Assembly (NCBI GenBank): GCA_044356625.1
Contig: JBIKVX010000001.1
Coordinates: forward strand, 1 to 32,820
Source of the DNA: Flavobacteriales bacterium
Lineage (GTDB): Bacteria; Bacteroidota; Bacteroidia; Flavobacteriales_D; Sanyastnellaceae
Length of the DNA stretch: 32,820 bases
Direction of reading: 5' to 3'
The position numbers and the translations under genes were made by a program. Below are positions 31,864 to 32,820 of the stretch, piece after piece. Under the pieces are notes generated by a model, which was not told where the DNA came from, did not search any database, and saw nothing but the letters and a program-made list of their open reading frames with translations. Position 1 is the stretch's first letter; every line of letters starts with the position of its first letter.

Positions 31864-32688
31864 ATGTTCAACAAATGGAGCCCAAGTCTCGCGTTTTTCG
31901 CTTTGCTTTGTAATGTGAACGTACGTCCGAAAAAACACTTGGGTCAGCATTTCCTATTGGATTTGTCTATCTGCGAAAGAATTGCTGAAGCCATTACTGG
32001 TGTCGGTGATACAAAGAAAATTATTGAGGTAGGACCGGGCACTGGCGCCCTTACTCAGTTCTTAATGAAAATGCCATACGAGACGTCTGTGGTGGAATTA
32101 GACAACGAGTCGGTGGCTTATTTGAATGCTTACTACCCGGCACTTCGCGGAAGAATTTTCGAGGAAGACTTTCTTCGGATGAATCTGAAAGAGAGCTTCG
32201 GCGATAATTTTTGTGTGGTTGGAAATTTTCCATACAACATCTCTTCGCAAATTTTATTCAAGGTACTAGACGAATGGGAATGTGTTCCTGAAGTGGTGGG
32301 AATGTTTCAAAAAGAAGTAGCCGAGCGCATAGCTTCGGGTCCTGGAAGCAGAGATTACGGCATCTTGTCGGTGCTGCTTCAGGCGCATTACGAAATCAAA
32401 TACCTCTTCACGGTTGAGCCGGAAGTATTCAATCCGCCGCCTAAAGTAAAAAGCGGCGTGTTGCGCATGGAACGCAGACCCGCACCATTAGTGACTTCCC
32501 AACAAAAAGAATTCAAGCAAGTGGTGAAGTTGGCCTTCAATCAGCGAAGAAAAACCATTCGCAATTCAGTGAAGTCGCTGCTTCAACCTGGCATAACATC
32601 GGAGAACGACTTGTTCAATAAAAGACCCGAACAGTTATCGGTTGAACAATTTATTGAATTGACTCGAATTCTCTTCCCCGATAAGTAA
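31864..32688 (+). CDS. rsmA: 16S rRNA (adenine1518/1519-N6)-dimethyltransferase
   Basis: RPKKHLGQHFL, EVGPGTGALT, VVGNFPYNISSQ. The true start may be the in-frame GTG at 31915 (VNVRPKKHLGQHFL), because the first 17 residues of the track ORF look non-homologous. Confidence 0.9.
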   Translation: MFNKWSPSLAFFALLCNVNVRPKKHLGQHFLLDLSICERIAEAITGVGDTKKIIEVGPGTGALTQFLMKMPYETSVVELDNESVAYLNAYYPALRGRIFEEDFLRMNLKESFGDNFCVVGNFPYNISSQILFKVLDEWECVPEVVGMFQKEVAERIASGPGSRDYGILSVLLQAHYEIKYLFTVEPEVFNPPPKVKSGVLRMERRPAPLVTSQQKEFKQVVKLAFNQRRKTIRNSVKSLLQPGITSENDLFNKRPEQLSVEQFIELTRILFPDK

Positions 32689-32711
32689 CACATTCAGCTT
32701 AAATTAGCAAC

Positions 32712-32820
32712 ATGGCAGCATTGGTAACACTAAGTGAATTCGTAATGGAGCGTCAATCTGACTTTCCTTATGCTTCGGGCGATTTAACGCGACTTCTTTC
32801 CGACATTGGCATTGCAGGAT
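32712..32820 (+). CDS. fbp: Fructose-1,6-bisphosphatase class 1, N-terminal fragment (runs off the window)
   Basis: MAALVTLSEFVMERQSDFPYASGDLTRLLSDIGIAG matches the characteristic Fbp N-terminus (TL.EF..E.Q..FP.A.G.L..LL.DI..A). Absent from the track because there is no stop in the window. Confidence 0.7.
   Translation, partial: MAALVTLSEFVMERQSDFPYASGDLTRLLSDIGIAG

Noticed and set aside
1-32820. Mobile elements, prophage, defence systems, and tRNA, rRNA or tmRNA genes
   Set aside because: I found no transposase, integrase, recombinase, nuclease or helicase-like ORFs, no long terminal inverted or direct repeats, and no cloverleaf-like or rRNA-like segments. Nearly all large ORFs have ordinary housekeeping or polysaccharide functions; the DUF2480-like protein is of unknown function.

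Overview
The window looks like a Bacteroidota (Flavobacteriia-like) chromosome segment. Evidence: A-rich, Shine-Dalgarno-poor start contexts, TAnnTTTG-type -7 boxes and a DUF2480-like gene. All calls rest on motif recognition by eye, with no searches run.

Most of the window is a roughly 21.7 kb block of same-strand (minus) genes from 26393 down to 4632. In transcription order:
- DUF2480-like, NeuB-family synthase, IspD, oligopeptidase B and an orphan histidine kinase.
- A Wzx/Wzy-type polysaccharide locus: TviB-like dehydrogenase, Wza, Wzc, Gmd, Wzx, acetyltransferase, Wzy, two glycosyltransferases, acetyltransferase, WecG/TagA-type glycosyltransferase, WbaP-like initiating transferase, RmlB, RmlA.

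The left flank holds a phosphosugar mutase (+) and, divergently, an MBOAT plus AlgX/AlgJ-like O-acetylation pair (-). The right flank is housekeeping: secreted SOD, AsmA-like protein, RsmF/RsmB-like methyltransferase, CvpA, KsgA and the start of Fbp. I saw no rRNA, tRNA, CRISPR, IS or integrase.

The most unusual signal is non-coding. Two intergenic arrays (2619-2812 and 25733-25898) hold 13 and 11 back-to-back mini-hairpins.
- Each hairpin has a 3-5 bp stem, usually a 3-nt loop, and is always closed by 5'C...G3'.
- The hairpins are joined by a near-invariant ATGA linker that flips to TCAT at the array centre.
- The two arrays share an identical 33-bp core. Elsewhere the stem sequences differ while pairing is preserved.
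- Three of the four array edges abut outward-facing TATATT(T/C)G promoter-like boxes.

I do not recognise this architecture as any named repeat class.

Secondary observations:
- GCGAAGC-type mini-hairpins are enriched in other intergenic gaps.
- A perfect TTGTGA-N6-TCACAA palindrome lies in the sod leader.
- A 14-bp tandem repeat lies ahead of the polysaccharide operon.
- The NeuB homologue looks animal/KDN-9-P-type.
- The dTDP- and GDP-sugar pathways are incomplete in this window.
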